A stretch of DNA of 64,000 nt from Trichoplax adhaerens (lineage: Eukaryota > Animalia > Placozoa). A program made the position numbers and the translations under genes. Below, in pieces: positions 14,637-29,700 of this stretch (the stretch's first letter is position 1; every line of letters starts with the position of its first letter). The stretch lies in NCBI RefSeq assembly GCF_000150275.1, contig NW_002060950.1:1600106-1664105 (forward strand). The letters run 5' to 3'. Below the pieces are notes generated by a model. It was not told where the DNA came from and searched no databases. It saw nothing but the letters and a program-made list of their open reading frames with translations.

Positions 14637-15915
14637 ATGATTACTTAATCATCTAGAGCTTTACCAATGATGTAAACTACACATCAACAATGGGTCTGTA
14701 AGATATGACTCTTCCTTTAGTCTTTAAAAATTTCTTTTTCTAATTAAATATTATATCATAAAATGGATACATAGATAAAATTACTTTAGATAGAGCAATA
14801 GTTTGCCGTTGGCATAGTATCATATCGGCATAAATGTCAAATTTCACTTATGTTATCCGACGCCAATCGTAAGACTATCATCCACTAATTTCCTATCATC
14901 GTTAACCATTAATTGTCATTGTATTTCTTGTTGATATCATCTGCATCCTTGCATTACCTGTAGAACATAATTCTATCCTAAGTTATTGGCGTAATACGCG
15001 CCAAGATAGTTAATATTTTATTGTAAACATAGAGGAAATTCCTACCAAAGTCTTTGTAATTTAGTAACAAAGCATAACTAATGCTAAACTTATCTTGTAC
15101 CAAAACTGTACTGAATATCATTATATTGTTGCTTAAAAAAGTTTCAGCATCTTCAAAATTATTAAAGTCATTCAAATCATAATGCTGAATGCAATGTTAA
15201 CATGTCAGAAGTAAAATATAGTCGTATCCATAAATAATCGTAATTTTTAAAGGAGTACCGTAATACGGTATTAGAGTCACTTTATTCGTTCTGTATGAGT
15301 GAATAAAAGAACATTTATTTACTATAAAGACCAATACGTGTTATGATTATTACTAATTAGAATTATCAATGCCGTCATTCATAACCTATCATGCAGAGTA
15401 AAACAAGAATTGTCGATTACATATTCAGAGGAATAGCACACCAAAATGAATAGAATAAAATTAATTACTAACGCACGTAAAATGAATTGTAACTTCTACG
15501 TGGCATGGCTGAAAATACGGTCGTACTATGTTTGATGACCTTACATTAAAAGAATTACATATTCATGATTAATCCTAGCATAATGTTATCATTCAGAGAA
15601 TATTGCTTTCTAGTTACATATCTCATACATCAAATAGGCAGTAACCTTCGACAAATATTATAAATATACAGGTTCATCTAGCAAACCTGCAAAATCGTAA
15701 CACATTTCGAAGTACCCATCTAATAATTCCACTACAATAGGTTTAACCCTTGTACAAATGCTCAAGATATCCTCGGCACATTATTATTTAGTCGAACATA
15801 CAAATTCTTTATTACGTTCTGTAGTATGCAATTTTAAAGCATAAAGAGTTTTATCCAATTAACGCTTACAAAAATTTCAATCATCTACAACTTGTGAGTA
15901 GTGGTATTTAGGTAA

Positions 15916-18900
15916 TTATACCATTTTAGGCTTTTCCTGTAATTAAAAGCATGCAACCAATAAATGCAAAATTGTAGAAAAAAGACCTTAAGTGATCAGA
16001 CAATTTACAAAATTTTTAATTTTTATTGTGAATTCTATGACTTACCGCGTGCATATAACCAGTATCATAATATGCATCCCTATGAAAAATATGAAGGAAA
16101 AGTTTATTCTCGGGTTTACTACTACTTTGATTTGACTACTATAATCTCACTTACATAGCGTTTTTGTCATAGGGATGCTCTTTTTCCATACGTCTATAAT
16201 ATTTCGCCAGCTTTACTCCAAATATAATATTTGGTATGAAACAAATGGCGCATATTCCCACAGCACACCATACACCGTTCTACAATTGAGATATAAATTT
16301 TATGTGACATGTACCAATAATGTTACAACAAAATAAAATTTAACATATCGTAAGCAAATCGGATTAATTGATTGAACCATTTCCAAAAATCACATACTAT
16401 TGCATCTTGCAAGAAATCACAGACGACGTTTACTGCATTGTCGTACACATTACGTAGAACAAAGCATTTGCCTACGTCGTTCGAAATCTACACGATAGAA
16501 ATAAAATAGTATCACTTCTAACAATTATAATAAATCAAAATTAACAAAGTGCATACCTATTAATTTATTTATGTTAAAAATAATACTGATCCTAAAATAA
16601 CTACCTTGTTTTTAACATAGTTAGCATATTCTTTGGCTTCGTTACCGATTTGGGTTGCGATAGTTTTTACAAGCTAAATATTTCAAAATTGGATAGCATA
16701 AATTTGGTAAATAAATGTAAGATATTCAACACTAATTACGATATACTGCAACCAATCATTGTGATTTAAATGTGTTATACTGTACTTACGTTCTTAGCAT
16801 CCGTATGAAAGCTGGCTTTTATGTAATTATCGGCAACTTTAGCTCGATCTAATAATACCCTTATATCACTCTATATATAGATGAATGTAATCAAACTTTA
16901 AAACAAGGCAGTATTTACTCTACGAAGTTTTGTCATCATTACGCTTGAATCTATAATATAATATCTATTTAATTGTTGCAAGAAATTTTGCTTAATACAA
17001 TACTAACCCTTAGAGCCATAATTTCTGTTTCTAGTTTGTTGATATTTGTTTGTAATGAAGTCTAATTATGATCAATAAAGTAATTAAAAGACTTAGGCGA
17101 AAATATATAGATAAGCTAGACTGTACACAACTATAATACTCGTATCATAATTTAGTACCTTCAATTGATTAATGGCAGCAACCTTCCCGGAATTTAAGAT
17201 ACGAAGTTCTTGTGCAACTTGTCGAACATCATTAGCAACGCTCTGAATAAAAGTACCAGCACAACAATTTTAATCAATTATGTAAGCTAACCATCCTTAT
17301 TTTGTAAACATTGTATACGGTTAACTGCCAATATACAAGCAGTAGAGCTATTATTCTGATACAATAGCAAGCTAACTACTAAACTTACGGTGGAATTTGT
17401 ATCAGCTTCTAGTCTATTAGCGTAATCCACTAAATTGATCGAAGTAGTTCTTATCGACAGCTACAAATAGCAAAAAAAGAAGCCGAAACAATGAGGTCAC
17501 AAAATCGTTGACTTTAATTACGTTGAAGTTTCCCAAACAAATAACATTTAAAGCTTACTATAGCGTCAATTTCAGTAGTATTAATTTTAGTAGCATTATT
17601 ATTCAGACTCTCTTGCAGAGTTCGATTATTCTGACTACTCAGAAGTGTTATATTAGGCGTTGGAATGACTATTTTGTCCACTTCAGCAGTTATATTCGGA
17701 AGGAGCTGTAAAAAAGATTTTAAAAAATTTACGACAATAAATTAAACTACCTGAAAAGTATCTATCCGTTATGTAAGTTATCTTTAAAATTCTAAAATTT
17801 TACCCTTTGAATATCTAATTCTTTGGTAATGTTAAAGCGATAGGCTAAAAGAAATGTTGAATATAGCGAGTTATCCTTTTGGCATTCACTGTTAATTTGC
17901 AACGATAAGAAAAAAGAAATCAGATATATATAAAAATAAAGTTAATTATAATCAGATTAAAAGGCATACTTCAGGATTCTGGTAGCGGTCAGAGGAATAG
18001 TATCGTTTTGTAATAAAAATCCAGCGATGGGATAGCCACCCCAAACAGTTTCATTATCAATTACCTGTAATTTATAGCAAAAAACTAGTTAGTGATAGCA
18101 TGTATATGGTGATAAAGGCATGAATAAAACACTGTAGTATTATCCTATGTGCTATAACTAGCTAGTAAATGATTCAATGGCAAGCAGAATCGAACCTGTC
18201 TGTAGATACTACCATTCTTGATTGGGTGGCAAGCAGCCCGCTGCATATTACCACCAATCATGAAGAAAGATGCGTTAATGAACAGGTAAAAGAATGCGAA
18301 TATAAACATTAGCCCAACGCTCCTGTAACATGAGAATGATAAATTCTTAATTGAAACTAATGTAAAAATAAAAATTATTTGCTGGATAAATATATTAACA
18401 ACTTACGCCATTAAGAAGATGCCGCCAGCATTTGACATTAAACCGCGTTCAGTCGGTGCAGCATCGGCCTTACGTCCAAGTATTCCAAAGAATAATCCAA
18501 GGATAATCAAACCAGGGAATAGCATAAGGATACCGCTGTAAACCATATATCCAGCTACCCTGTGGAGTCAACACAATAATTGTGATATGCATAAATTGTC
18601 GGTATTTAATTAAAATACAAATCAATCGGGAGTACTGTACTACAGACACGGTTAAGCGGTATAAGAATTTAGTTAACCTTTGTCTTAATATTTCCTTAAA
18701 CAATGATTCAAGATAAAATTTATTGGATAATCAGATGTTTTAGGCACTTACACGTATACATCATACTCCTTTTTCTCTTTCTGAAGTGCATTGATCGCTG
18801 GATTCACGTAACTCGTTATATTGAACTATTCCCATAGGAATCAGAATATTGATAGTAAGAAATAGACTAATAAAACTGCTAATATATGAACACACGTACA

Positions 18901-21900
18901 AAATCGTATTATCTTACGTTTCTAATGAAAGATATATAGGATAAAGCAGATCTTCGAATAGTGTCCAAACTCGTTAACTGAGTGGAGATTTCTGTAGCCA
19001 TAAAATAGTATATATACATTATTAATGTTGAATTGACAATAAACAATTAATAGATAAATTATTTTCAAGCATATCATACTTTGCCTAGCACTCTTCGTTT
19101 CATTTACGACTTGTTTTGGAATCTTTGCAGTACGATTATTGATCTAGTAAATAAAAAAGATATTCACTTTATTATTAAGCAATAGGAATGACATAAAAAA
19201 GTAAAATTTTTTAAATACCTCTCCACTAATCTTTAACGGCTGCCGATCAGATACATTCTTGATTACATCAGATACGGGCTGTAAGCTTGGCATCTATCCA
19301 TAATTAAATTTATTTCAAATATTAGTTTGCAAAATCAAATAAAAATGATCCGTCAATCCTAACAACAATAATTAATTAATGGATTATATATATATGAATA
19401 GGATTAGCTCCAATACTAATAAAATAAAGCACAAAATAATCCATCTTTATCATAAAGTTTAAAATTTAATAAAACAATTCAATTGACGTCGTAGTAATTA
19501 AATAGTAAAATAAACGATAATTGATATTGCAAGAATACAAAAAATACAGTTTTACACCTAAGCTTCTTAATGTCATGATTTTTACCTTCGAAGCATCAAA
19601 GATTACAAATAAACTCGAAATGTTAAATTGAACGGAACTGCTGCACGAACAGGCTGTTTCAAGTCGAGTAAGGTTTGCCTTAATAGCGTTTATCGTAATG
19701 TTCAATTCAGTCATATTAGCTTCGAGTTGAGATAATTGTGAATTAATTTTCTGCAAAGTCATATTGGCCGCAATATTATCTACAATGAATATAAATTAAT
19801 CATAAATTAATTTGTAGCACTTTTAAAATAGCTTATAGCAACTATATAAGAGGATTAGTATAATTATTAGCGTTAATAATTTCAAAATACCACTTGATAG
19901 TTGTGTTAAAATTTGAACTACTGGATCTGTTCTATTCTGAATCATTCCTTTTAAGGGAATACCAACCGTAGTCTCAATACCTGTGGTGATAGTTATCAAA
20001 TTATATATACATGAATTAGTTATTAATGAACAACATTTAAAAAATAATTTTTTTTAAGTCAATTACCGCTGTCGCTGATATATCTTCTAACTCTGCTCAT
20101 GGTAATGTTGAAATCATTGTCCAATAAAATTGTGAATTGCTAGAAAAATTAAATAGGTATTTTCTCGGTTACTTTAAACGGCCACCGATGAAATAGAATT
20201 AATCACCAGTAGTAGCCGTAAGATGTACTTATAATTGGAAGAAGTCGATACGATGGATGGTGAATTAGGGTTAATTAATACGTCATGTAATTTCAACCTT
20301 GTACTTGTACATGTATGTATGTATAATACACTGTAGCTAATTTATTTTAAAGTTGATTTTATCTATTCAAAATTTTTTTCTTAAATCACGAAATATTCAG
20401 ACAGCTTACATTTGATGTAACAGTTTGATAGTTAGTAACATCCACCAAACCATTTCGGAGGGTTACGTCAACTTTCTGTACAGTTTCCGCTAATTGAGCG
20501 GAACTCAGAAAGCAGGTAATAGCTCCACCGCTAAAAGAGTAGACAAAATGCATAATATACATTCATTATAGAAAATCTAGGCGATATCGTCATAATGTAC
20601 GAAATTAAATTAAAAAATTATTTTTTATAGTCTATTAAGTAACGAGAGAAAGCTATAAGCAGGTCTAAATTAACTCAAAACACTTTTAACATCGATTATA
20701 ATTATTGAAAATATTGACATAATCATTTATTACTGTTTTGATAAAATGCATGATTAATAAGTTAATTTACGAGTGGTAAATGATAATAGCAAACAAGAAA
20801 ATTGCTAAAGCTACAGTATAATACAGTATTTGAATACAGTATCAGCTGGGATTAACCTATTACTCTCACAGATGATTATTTCCAACGGACAAAAATCAAC
20901 ATTAAATTAACATTGCAATGGATAGAATACTGTGCAATGCGTTAGCATAGCACTTAGACTGTACTGTACATCATTTAAAAGAGAAGAGTGCAGGCAAATA
21001 AACTAGCCCATAACAAGATAGGTCACTAAATATAAGTACTGTACTGTACGTTATACCGTAAACTTATAATTAATATGAACTTACATTGCTAGGAGGGAAA
21101 ATATTACTAAAAATATGCCATAACAGATTCCTTTGCATCTAAAATTCTTTCCTCTGGCTTGCATCATTTCGCTACCACACATTCCACAACAGCGTAGTGT
21201 ACAAAAAGTGATACCAACTATAACGAATGTAAAAGCAGCAACAATACCGATACCACCAAGAATTGCGAAAACAAGCTCGTAATGGATAATCTGTTATAAT
21301 GGTCATTTTTTTGTTAAAACAAGGTTGATTAATTTCAAAATATGAAACAGCCTAGAAAACGTTTGAGTATACAGTACTAACTGTACAAAAAAATTAATTG
21401 TAATAACCGATTAGATAATTTTTCATTATGTCGATAAATTTATTGGTGAAAAAACTGTGATTTTCTAATATTACCAATAGTACGAGTACAAGTCAGTAAG
21501 AGACTGATATTATATAGAAAGAGTCACTTTTTCAAGTAGTACTTGATTAAATTTTAAATCAATTAAACAAAATATGGTTTTTCAATCGTTCAATAGATCC
21601 ATGTACTGTACTACATGACCCGCGTTGGCTGATTTCAATTGTGCCCTTACCTTCTCGTAATTCAAATCCCAAACAGCCTGAAGTTGTGAAGTTGTCCGTG
21701 CTTTAATCAATTCACGGAGGACACCTAGGTATTAATAAAGTAAGCAAGACAGCATTATTATACAGTAGTAGAAGTAATGTACATTGCATGATTATTGATC
21801 TTTAAAATATCGTGGTATATAGATATACCGCAAGCATACCAGGAATAATTTGGTTAGTATTAACAGAAAAAGACATTGTTGTTTTTCACTATTATAATAA

Positions 21901-23780
21901 TATCACGGCGAATGCTCTAAAAATAATAATCGTCTCCACTTAACACCGGATAATCAATGTGTCGTTTGTCGTTTGATATTTCATTCTATAGCCCAAACTT
22001 TGTGTTGTACTCAATGCGGATGGACATGATTACTGTAGAATATTACAATACTATCATTTTATTAGCTTTATTAGGGCTTGCTAAGGTCCTAGCTGTAGTT
22101 ATCTTCAAAACTGTTTGCTAAATTAATATATGTAAAGAGTTAGATAGGTTAACAGATCTACCAAATATTGTCATCATGCTTTTCATCTGCTCCTGCCAAT
22201 GCTAGGGTAAAGTAATGAATACTTCTAACTGACTCTTGACATTCTGGGCAGTACTGTAAGATGATACGGGGGGGGGTTATGTCAGCATTCTATATCGGAA
22301 TAGAAATTTTAAAATTAAACCAATTTATGAATGCCACCATGCTCCATGTACATTTCACAGCAACTTGGCGTAGCCTAACATCACATTTAAGCGACACATG
22401 ATTCCCTGCGCGAAGATAATTTGTCTTCAAAAGCAATCAATATTGAATTTCAATTTTCTACCTTCAAAATTAAATTTTTTTGAGAGTATAGAAAAGGATT
22501 TTAGATGTCCAGTATGAAGATTGATAAAGAATAACATTCATTATTATTATCATCCCGATCGGGGACAGACATCACTTTAACTTTATTATCCATCAATTTT
22601 TTTTCTTTTCTGTCCCGACGTAGCCACAATTCGTCATTTATAAACAAAGTCTCGTTAACATGTTAACATCCTCCAGCTTCAACACTTTCATATTCAGTTT
22701 GATACTAATTCATAGACAAAGGATTGGGTCAGACAGTGTATGGATAGAAAGCCGGCGAAATCAAGTCGGTTGCTATATTGCACACTAGACAAGGACATTT
22801 TTTTATTCATGTTGTCGATCAGGAGAAAACATTTCTAATTAACGTGGAAATGTACAGGAGTGTAGAAAGGAATCAACTTCTGCTGATGTCAAATAAGCAA
22901 ATATTCATCACAATAGAGCGCCAAGATTACTTTCAATAGTGGACGGACAAATATCGTATACTTATTAAAAACTTGATCCAACAGTAATTAAGTATAGTCA
23001 ATTGTGGTGGCCGGATATCAGTATGTTTATATCTACTAATGAAATGATTTTATCATTGGGATCACAATTGCAGTTTTACTTCTGTATGTACGCGTACAGT
23101 TGCTAACCTTCTCTTACCAACAAATGCAACAGAATCTGCTATATTGGTTGGTAAAAAATAGATTTGTTATTTAATTCTTGAGATCAAAGTAATATCCAAT
23201 TGGATGAAAGGTCAACAATGTCAATAACAACAACATTAAAGATAAATCAATGATGATTTCGATGTCAAAGTGGATCGATCTTGGCCCTCTCAAAAATGAA
23301 TTCATTTCTACTGTATGAAACCAGTCATTTCACTAGTCCTGAATCAAATAATCAAATCGATTGTAATTGTAGTCATTGTGAAATGAAGAGGAAAATGGCA
23401 ATTGTACTAAGGAACTCGCTTGCAAGATGATCATTTGGTCATTTAGGTTGATGACTAGAAATTAGGGATGGATATTCAGTATTGATATTGTACTTACCGT
23501 AAGGCAATTCTTGAGTATGGATGGCATTGATAAATCCACGAGCGATATTATAAAAAAAAGCCATGCCAGTTTCCAATGGAGTTGTGGCAGTATTGGTCAC
23601 GATTTGATCCTGAGTCGGTAACTTGGAAAAGAGTGAGCTGGAAGATGAAGTGGTTATGGTAGTCGTATTGGCTGTCATGCTATTGCCACTTGGAGGAGTT
23701 GTGGCTCCTGTCGATTGTCCTAAGCTCAATGTCGCTAACAAGGACAGTGTTAGCAGGGCATGAAAATAAAATGGTTGCAT
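15916..23780 (-). CDS. Prominin-family pentaspan membrane glycoprotein, paralogue B; multi-exon
   Basis: ATG at 23780 (the track ORF starts at an upstream TTG). Signal peptide MQPFYFHALLTLSLLATLSLG; exon 1 is 23498-23780. Exon ~21086-21291 gives FCTLRCCGMCGS. Later exons give RGLMSNAGGIFLMA, VGKCFVLRNVYD, and NGVWCAVGICAICFIPNIIFGVKLAKYYRRM. Inferred terminal exon EKPKMV* ends at 15916; the last exon is the least certain part. Confidence 0.9.
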
Positions 23781-26700
23781 TTCGCTTGATTTCAATGGCA
23801 ATCAGAAATATAATAATAATAATGACTAAAATAACTGTTGGATTGAGGCTTGAATACGCGTCGACTGGCTTTCTCTCTTGTTATCGGCTCTGTTGGTCTA
23901 ACGTCGAGCAAGACACAAAATAATGTTTTTTCCTCTTAGTAAACTTTTTACTTTCTTTCACTACCGGTCGTCTACCGTTTAGCACAGCTTTTCTTCACTA
24001 GAAACGATATCCAATAATGTGGGAAATGGCCCGTAAAATCCAATGAGGACAAGGAATTTTCTTGCAAGTTTTTAGGCCGCCACTGTCACTTTGCCCAATT
24101 TAGCTTAATGACGTTTTCACTCGTTTCCTTCTTCTAGTGTACACTTGCGTAGTTGATTCCGAGATTGAAGACTGAGCCGTTATATAGCGCTCGTTACTAC
24201 GTCGTTACATTCCAATGACAACACGAGCGCTAGTGTGTCTGACGGTCTGTAGTGACAGTACAGTGGACACGATCTAAATTTATACTATGACGTCTTGGAC
24301 AGGACAGTACAGTACACTGTAAAATTCACTTCATGTACTGTACACTGTACACTGAGTGGACAGCTGTGTTGTGTTCCATTGTCGTATACGCTTGACACCG
24401 TAACGCTGCTTCAGTCACACTGTGTTTGTCACTGCCGTAATTCAACGTGCATGCCGTACGTCATGGTGCAACGGGCAAGGGGTATAAAAGTCCACCCCCC
24501 CCCCAAAAAAAGATCAGCGTGTTGGAAGCTCGCTTTGCCTGACTGAATTACCAATTCTGTCTATCATCACTAGGTGAAAACTGAATTTTTTACATGGCAT
24601 TGCCCCAATTGTATCTCCCCATCGCTGCCTAGGCTATTAAATTACTGTGCAGTGCAGCAGAGTTGATTTTCCTTTCCGCCTTTCTTTCTATCGACTTGGA
24701 TACCGCGATAACATACAGTACTCTAGTAGTACCATGCGACTCCACTTTCTACTGTATGCTGAACAGGACTGTCCCAACCCCCAATCCATTGTCTGTACTA
24801 CACTGAATTCACTTGATCAACTACCGGCTGTATCCATAGTCTAAAGTAAAGAGAACTATATCAACTATGACGTAATTCTTGAGCGATCGTCAGAGAAGCT
24901 AATAGAAACTTTTCTCGAACTTTTGAATCCTTTTTTGAGGGGGGCATGATATACAAATTGGCTGATTGCAAGAACACAGTGTGCTAACTATTGTAGACTG
25001 GGCAGACTTGGTCCACGACGATAGGGATGCATGGACACCGACTCTAATAGGGTACGATGACTCCAGTCCTAAACAACAGCATGACTTTGCAACTGAAAAA
25101 TGGAGTTGAATACAGTGCTGTACCATCTCCATCAATTCCTCATTTGTAAAGATTTGATTGATAGGATGATAACGATAGAGTGAATAGGAGGAGATGCAGA
25201 GAAAAATGGACATAGTGCGAGCAAATATGGAATAATAATAACATCATCATTATTATAATAAGCGCTAGCATGAAGTCCATGACGTCATCTGCTTCGCCTA
25301 GGGCGGTATTTGAACTAATATTATTATTTTATTAGCAGTGCGCGGGTGCTATAAAATTCCATTCAAAAATGGATGCCTCCATATACAAGACTGGGATATA
25401 ATATGATAGAGTATCCATCGAGAAGAACATCTATCAATTAGATATTTTACTCCCTCCCTGTCTGCCTGCCTCTCCTGCCCAAGTAGGCGCTCTGCTAATT
25501 TAAACCAATGCATCGTGTTTGTAGAAGCTTGCTTTGCTTGCAATGGCGTGCATCGATAATAAATTACTGTAGAATGAATCCACGCACCTTAAATGACACC
25601 AATCTTGCGTCTGGAAATAGAAAATAGCAATAATAACCTTGGTATGTCCATATTCAGAAATAGCTATTTCCAACCATAAAATCCAGATGAACAGTCCTAT
25701 TATCCCAGTTGGACTATCCCATAGATGACATCATAGATTGAATAGGTTAGGTAAAAGTCCTTTTAAAAACACCTGCTGCGCGCAACCTTCAGTAAAAATC
25801 AATGTCAATACAGCATGCTGAAAGGCATAGCAATCCAGTCTAGTAATAGGATTACCAACGAGATAGGCACTGCAAGGCACGGGTGTGGCAAGAAACAAAT
25901 AAATAAAGAGTAATTGTCTAAAATATTGACATTATGATCCAACTGCACACAACTTGTACTGTACATTATAGTGCATAAAGACAGTTACGTAATTTGAACC
26001 CATAGGGGACAGCTACTCGTGGTATACTATGCCTGAGATAGAGGTAGACTAGGCCTACATACTTGTATTTTATCAACATAGGTTACGGAAGAAATCAAAG
26101 TGGGTGTGCTAGACATCCAACTCTACCTTATACACTTTTTAATCTAAACTACGGTATTGTTCATATTGGCGATAGCCTGTGGCGGTGGATATCATATCAG
26201 ATCATCAATAAATAATGTAATTTCTGCCAACATGTGTTATGCACGTACTGTATTTGGACGCTTAACCTGTGCATAAGTAGCAGTAGCAATCATAGTATGC
26301 ACTTTCTAATCTAAATTAGAGACATAAAGTAATCTATGGCATTTATCCATATTGACGATGGTTGGTAGAGTGAATACCGTACCGAATCAGAAATCAATAA
26401 TTCCACCCTAGACTAGTGCGTAGTATTCGTTTACACAAGCATCGTGATTTACGTATATATCAACAGAAATGAATACCATCAACAATTTCTACACCCACAA
26501 GATAGATCCTCTCTAGACTGCAATTAAACTAAATGATGGATAGAATCATCTAAAATCTGTAAAGACTATTTACTTCCATAAAAATACATGCTTTATTTGA
26601 TTTGCAAGGCCACATGTCCCTTTATAAACTAATTTCAATCATTAGCCATAATGATAGCTGATAATCGTGGCTAATAGTAGGTTAGTGTCCGCAATTACAT

Positions 26701-29700
26701 TGTTCAAGAGATTCAAAATAGCTACATGATCGTAAATGATAGCATGCCCAAAAGTGGATTACAATCTTGACAATAAGTCATTGTTCAAGCTAGAGTAGTA
26801 TTACATAGAATATCGAAAATAATTCCCTGCTATTAAAATGTTGGACTTTCACTACATCGTTATTTATAACTTTCTAAAAGTGTCGATTACTTTCCAATAC
26901 AGATACTTGTTATTTCTTATTTCTACTAACCCAACATAACCAAAACATGACAATGAAAATATTATTCCTTTGATCATGCATGTCCGATGAACTAAAAAAA
27001 CATATTGGAGATTTACAACTAAGAAATAAGTAAGTCTATATAACCATGAAATGATTTCTCTAACATAAAGTTATGATGCCATAATAGAATGCGTAAATAT
27101 CTTTTCATATCTCTATTAAAGTATAAAATGAACATTAACATAAACAGTTAGACCATATGTAGTAAAAATCGATCAACAAATAGAATCGGCCTGATATAAA
27201 AAATAGATGATAATAAGTTCATTAATTTACTGTACTAGTAAGGAATATTCCTTCAATATCCTCACTCAAATCATCAATAACTACCAAATATCTATAAATA
27301 AAAAGCTCAATTGTCATCAACTGTACGACTGAGCGATCTCCCACCATCTGCTGCTAATCGTTTACTAAACACCTACTCAGAAAAACATTAAAATAGTTAT
27401 GGTTACCTTGTTCAAGAAATTACATCATAGAAATACACAAACGGCCTTTAACTAAAATGAGAAGCACCTATAGTGTAGTCTTCAACTTAACATAAAGAGC
27501 TAAATAGTTGACCAGACTGATGGATCTTATATCACACAGTGAATAATGTAAATAAAGATATTTGTCAACACTATAACATAAGTTCATGATCGACTATAAT
27601 GTACAAATTATTGGTAACAACAATTTTAATTTAGAATACAATATCCTATTGTATATATCGTCTATTCATTTAATCGCAGTGCAAATATATTTCGTAGTAA
27701 AAATTTATTGTATAACTTGGTATCGTAGATATCCTCTACGTGATTTAACCTGAATCAATCAAGACTAATTCATAAACGTATGCCATTAGCCTAACAGTAA
27801 ATTATAAGCTATATATTGAAACTAAGGCTAACTTTCTTCTCCTCTATAGTAGATTACATCATTTCCACTTATCATTATCCTCACCATCATTTCAACTTAT
27901 TTATAAATTGCAATAATGTGAAAAATAATAAAAAGAATTGACAATGCATAAAGTATTTGTCACCTTTGTCACCTTTGCTAATTTTGTTATTTTTTACTCA
28001 ATCCTGGCATGATTCCATTAGCATGAAAGAGCCCATTTTTGATCGATATCTTAATTTCTATTATTTGATTGGTTACGTATTTTAATTTTGTTGATAATTT
28101 CAGATGCAGCTATGAGTTATGAAGTAATCAATTCCATAAGAAGACTCAGAGTAAGAATCAAAATCAAAAATAAAGCTTTCTTAAAGTCTAAACCAAATTC
28201 TGTATGCCTACATCTAATTTGTAATTTGAAATTAATTTATTATGCCTAAATTTATTATAAATACATGTTCATCTAGTCATAACTAATTCACTTTTATACC
28301 CGATATGATAGCATCAGGATGAAAAATGACCATTCTATTCTGTCGAAACATCAGATAAAAATGCCATTGTAATATATTTAATAAGCAACAAGGCTAGCTT
28401 ACTCCATTAATCTCAAATAGCTTATAATCAATCATTCTATGTCATCCCCTTAATATAATCATTAGTTCAATTAAATCCGCAATTCGTCCTTTCTATAGCC
28501 AAAGAGATGCATTATTTTAATAGCTTCATAACCTTGGGCAATAAGCGCTTAATAATGATTGCATTTCCATCTGCTATTTGCGATTATAGTATTCAAAAAG
28601 CTGTGCTAATTACGTCATTGTTGCAGCCTTTTCACTACAACTTAAAATATCAACGATTAAGCTACCTTGATTATGCTATCCTCAGAAGCTAACCCAATAA
28701 TGAGCCAACATTTAACAGGATTAATCTGTATTCTTTAAAACAGTAAATATTAAATCACTTTTACGACAACGAGTATTCGATCTCAATACTAATTTGTTAG
28801 TATAGCATAATCATGAAAAGAAAATTCCGTTAATTCACTCTAGTCATTGAAGAACAAAATATTATACATTATAATTATTGATATAAACGGCAGAAAATAT
28901 AATCTAACGCTAAGGACACAATGATGAAGCAATATCGTAATAAAAGAAGGAGATTAAGATCAATTCAGCTACACGCTGGTCCATATCCATCATTTTACAT
29001 ATCCTAACCGTCAATAGATGTAATCTCTGTCTAGGGTGATATTGCAAATAAACTATGTCACTCTTATTATTAATCATAAGAATTGAATGCAATGGCTGTG
29101 TAGTACATTCGATGAGAAAACGATTCATAGTCAAGTTATGGACTACTTGATCTACTTCAAACATTCTAAGATCGGATACTTTACTTTCGAATTAGCATGC
29201 AATTATAGCACATTGTGTAAATGATGATTAATATTTAAAGTTGTAACAGTCTTATACTGTATAACCCTGGATGATTTAAGGTAGTTTTATTCGCACATCA
29301 ATCATTCTATGTATCACATTCTTTAGTAACTTATAAAAATAAAGTAACGAATAAGACTGTATAATGACATCGATATCAGATTGACGATGTGCAACTAAGT
29401 TTATCATGTAGAAAAATTTTCCTTATTAGCCATAAAATGAAAGATATTTGTGTTGATATTATAAGTGGAACAAATTATTAAAATAAATCTAAATGTTTTA
29501 TTTTAATTTTGTATATCTAGATCAAACCACCATGTGATTAGGGTAATAATTTTACATTCATAAGGTATACGATGCACACATTAATTTAGACAATCTATAC
29601 TTTCATAAATACGAGTTAACCCAGAATACAATCGCAAAATAGCTTCAGAACGTATCATTAAGAATCAAAAGTCAGCAGTAAGGAATGACTAATTATCTTA

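Noticed and set aside
16240-16280. Apparent frameshift in a late prominin B exon (pseudogene suspicion)
   Set aside because: Re-reading gives TGG TGT GCT GTG GGA ATA in frame; the exon is intact.
24495-24513. C-tract followed by A-tract, similar to ~62759-62780
   Set aside because: Flanks share no similarity; simple homopolymers.
24899-25213. 104-aa Cys-rich ORF on the - strand
   Set aside because: No recognisable family motif or supporting spliced exons; treated as a chance ORF.
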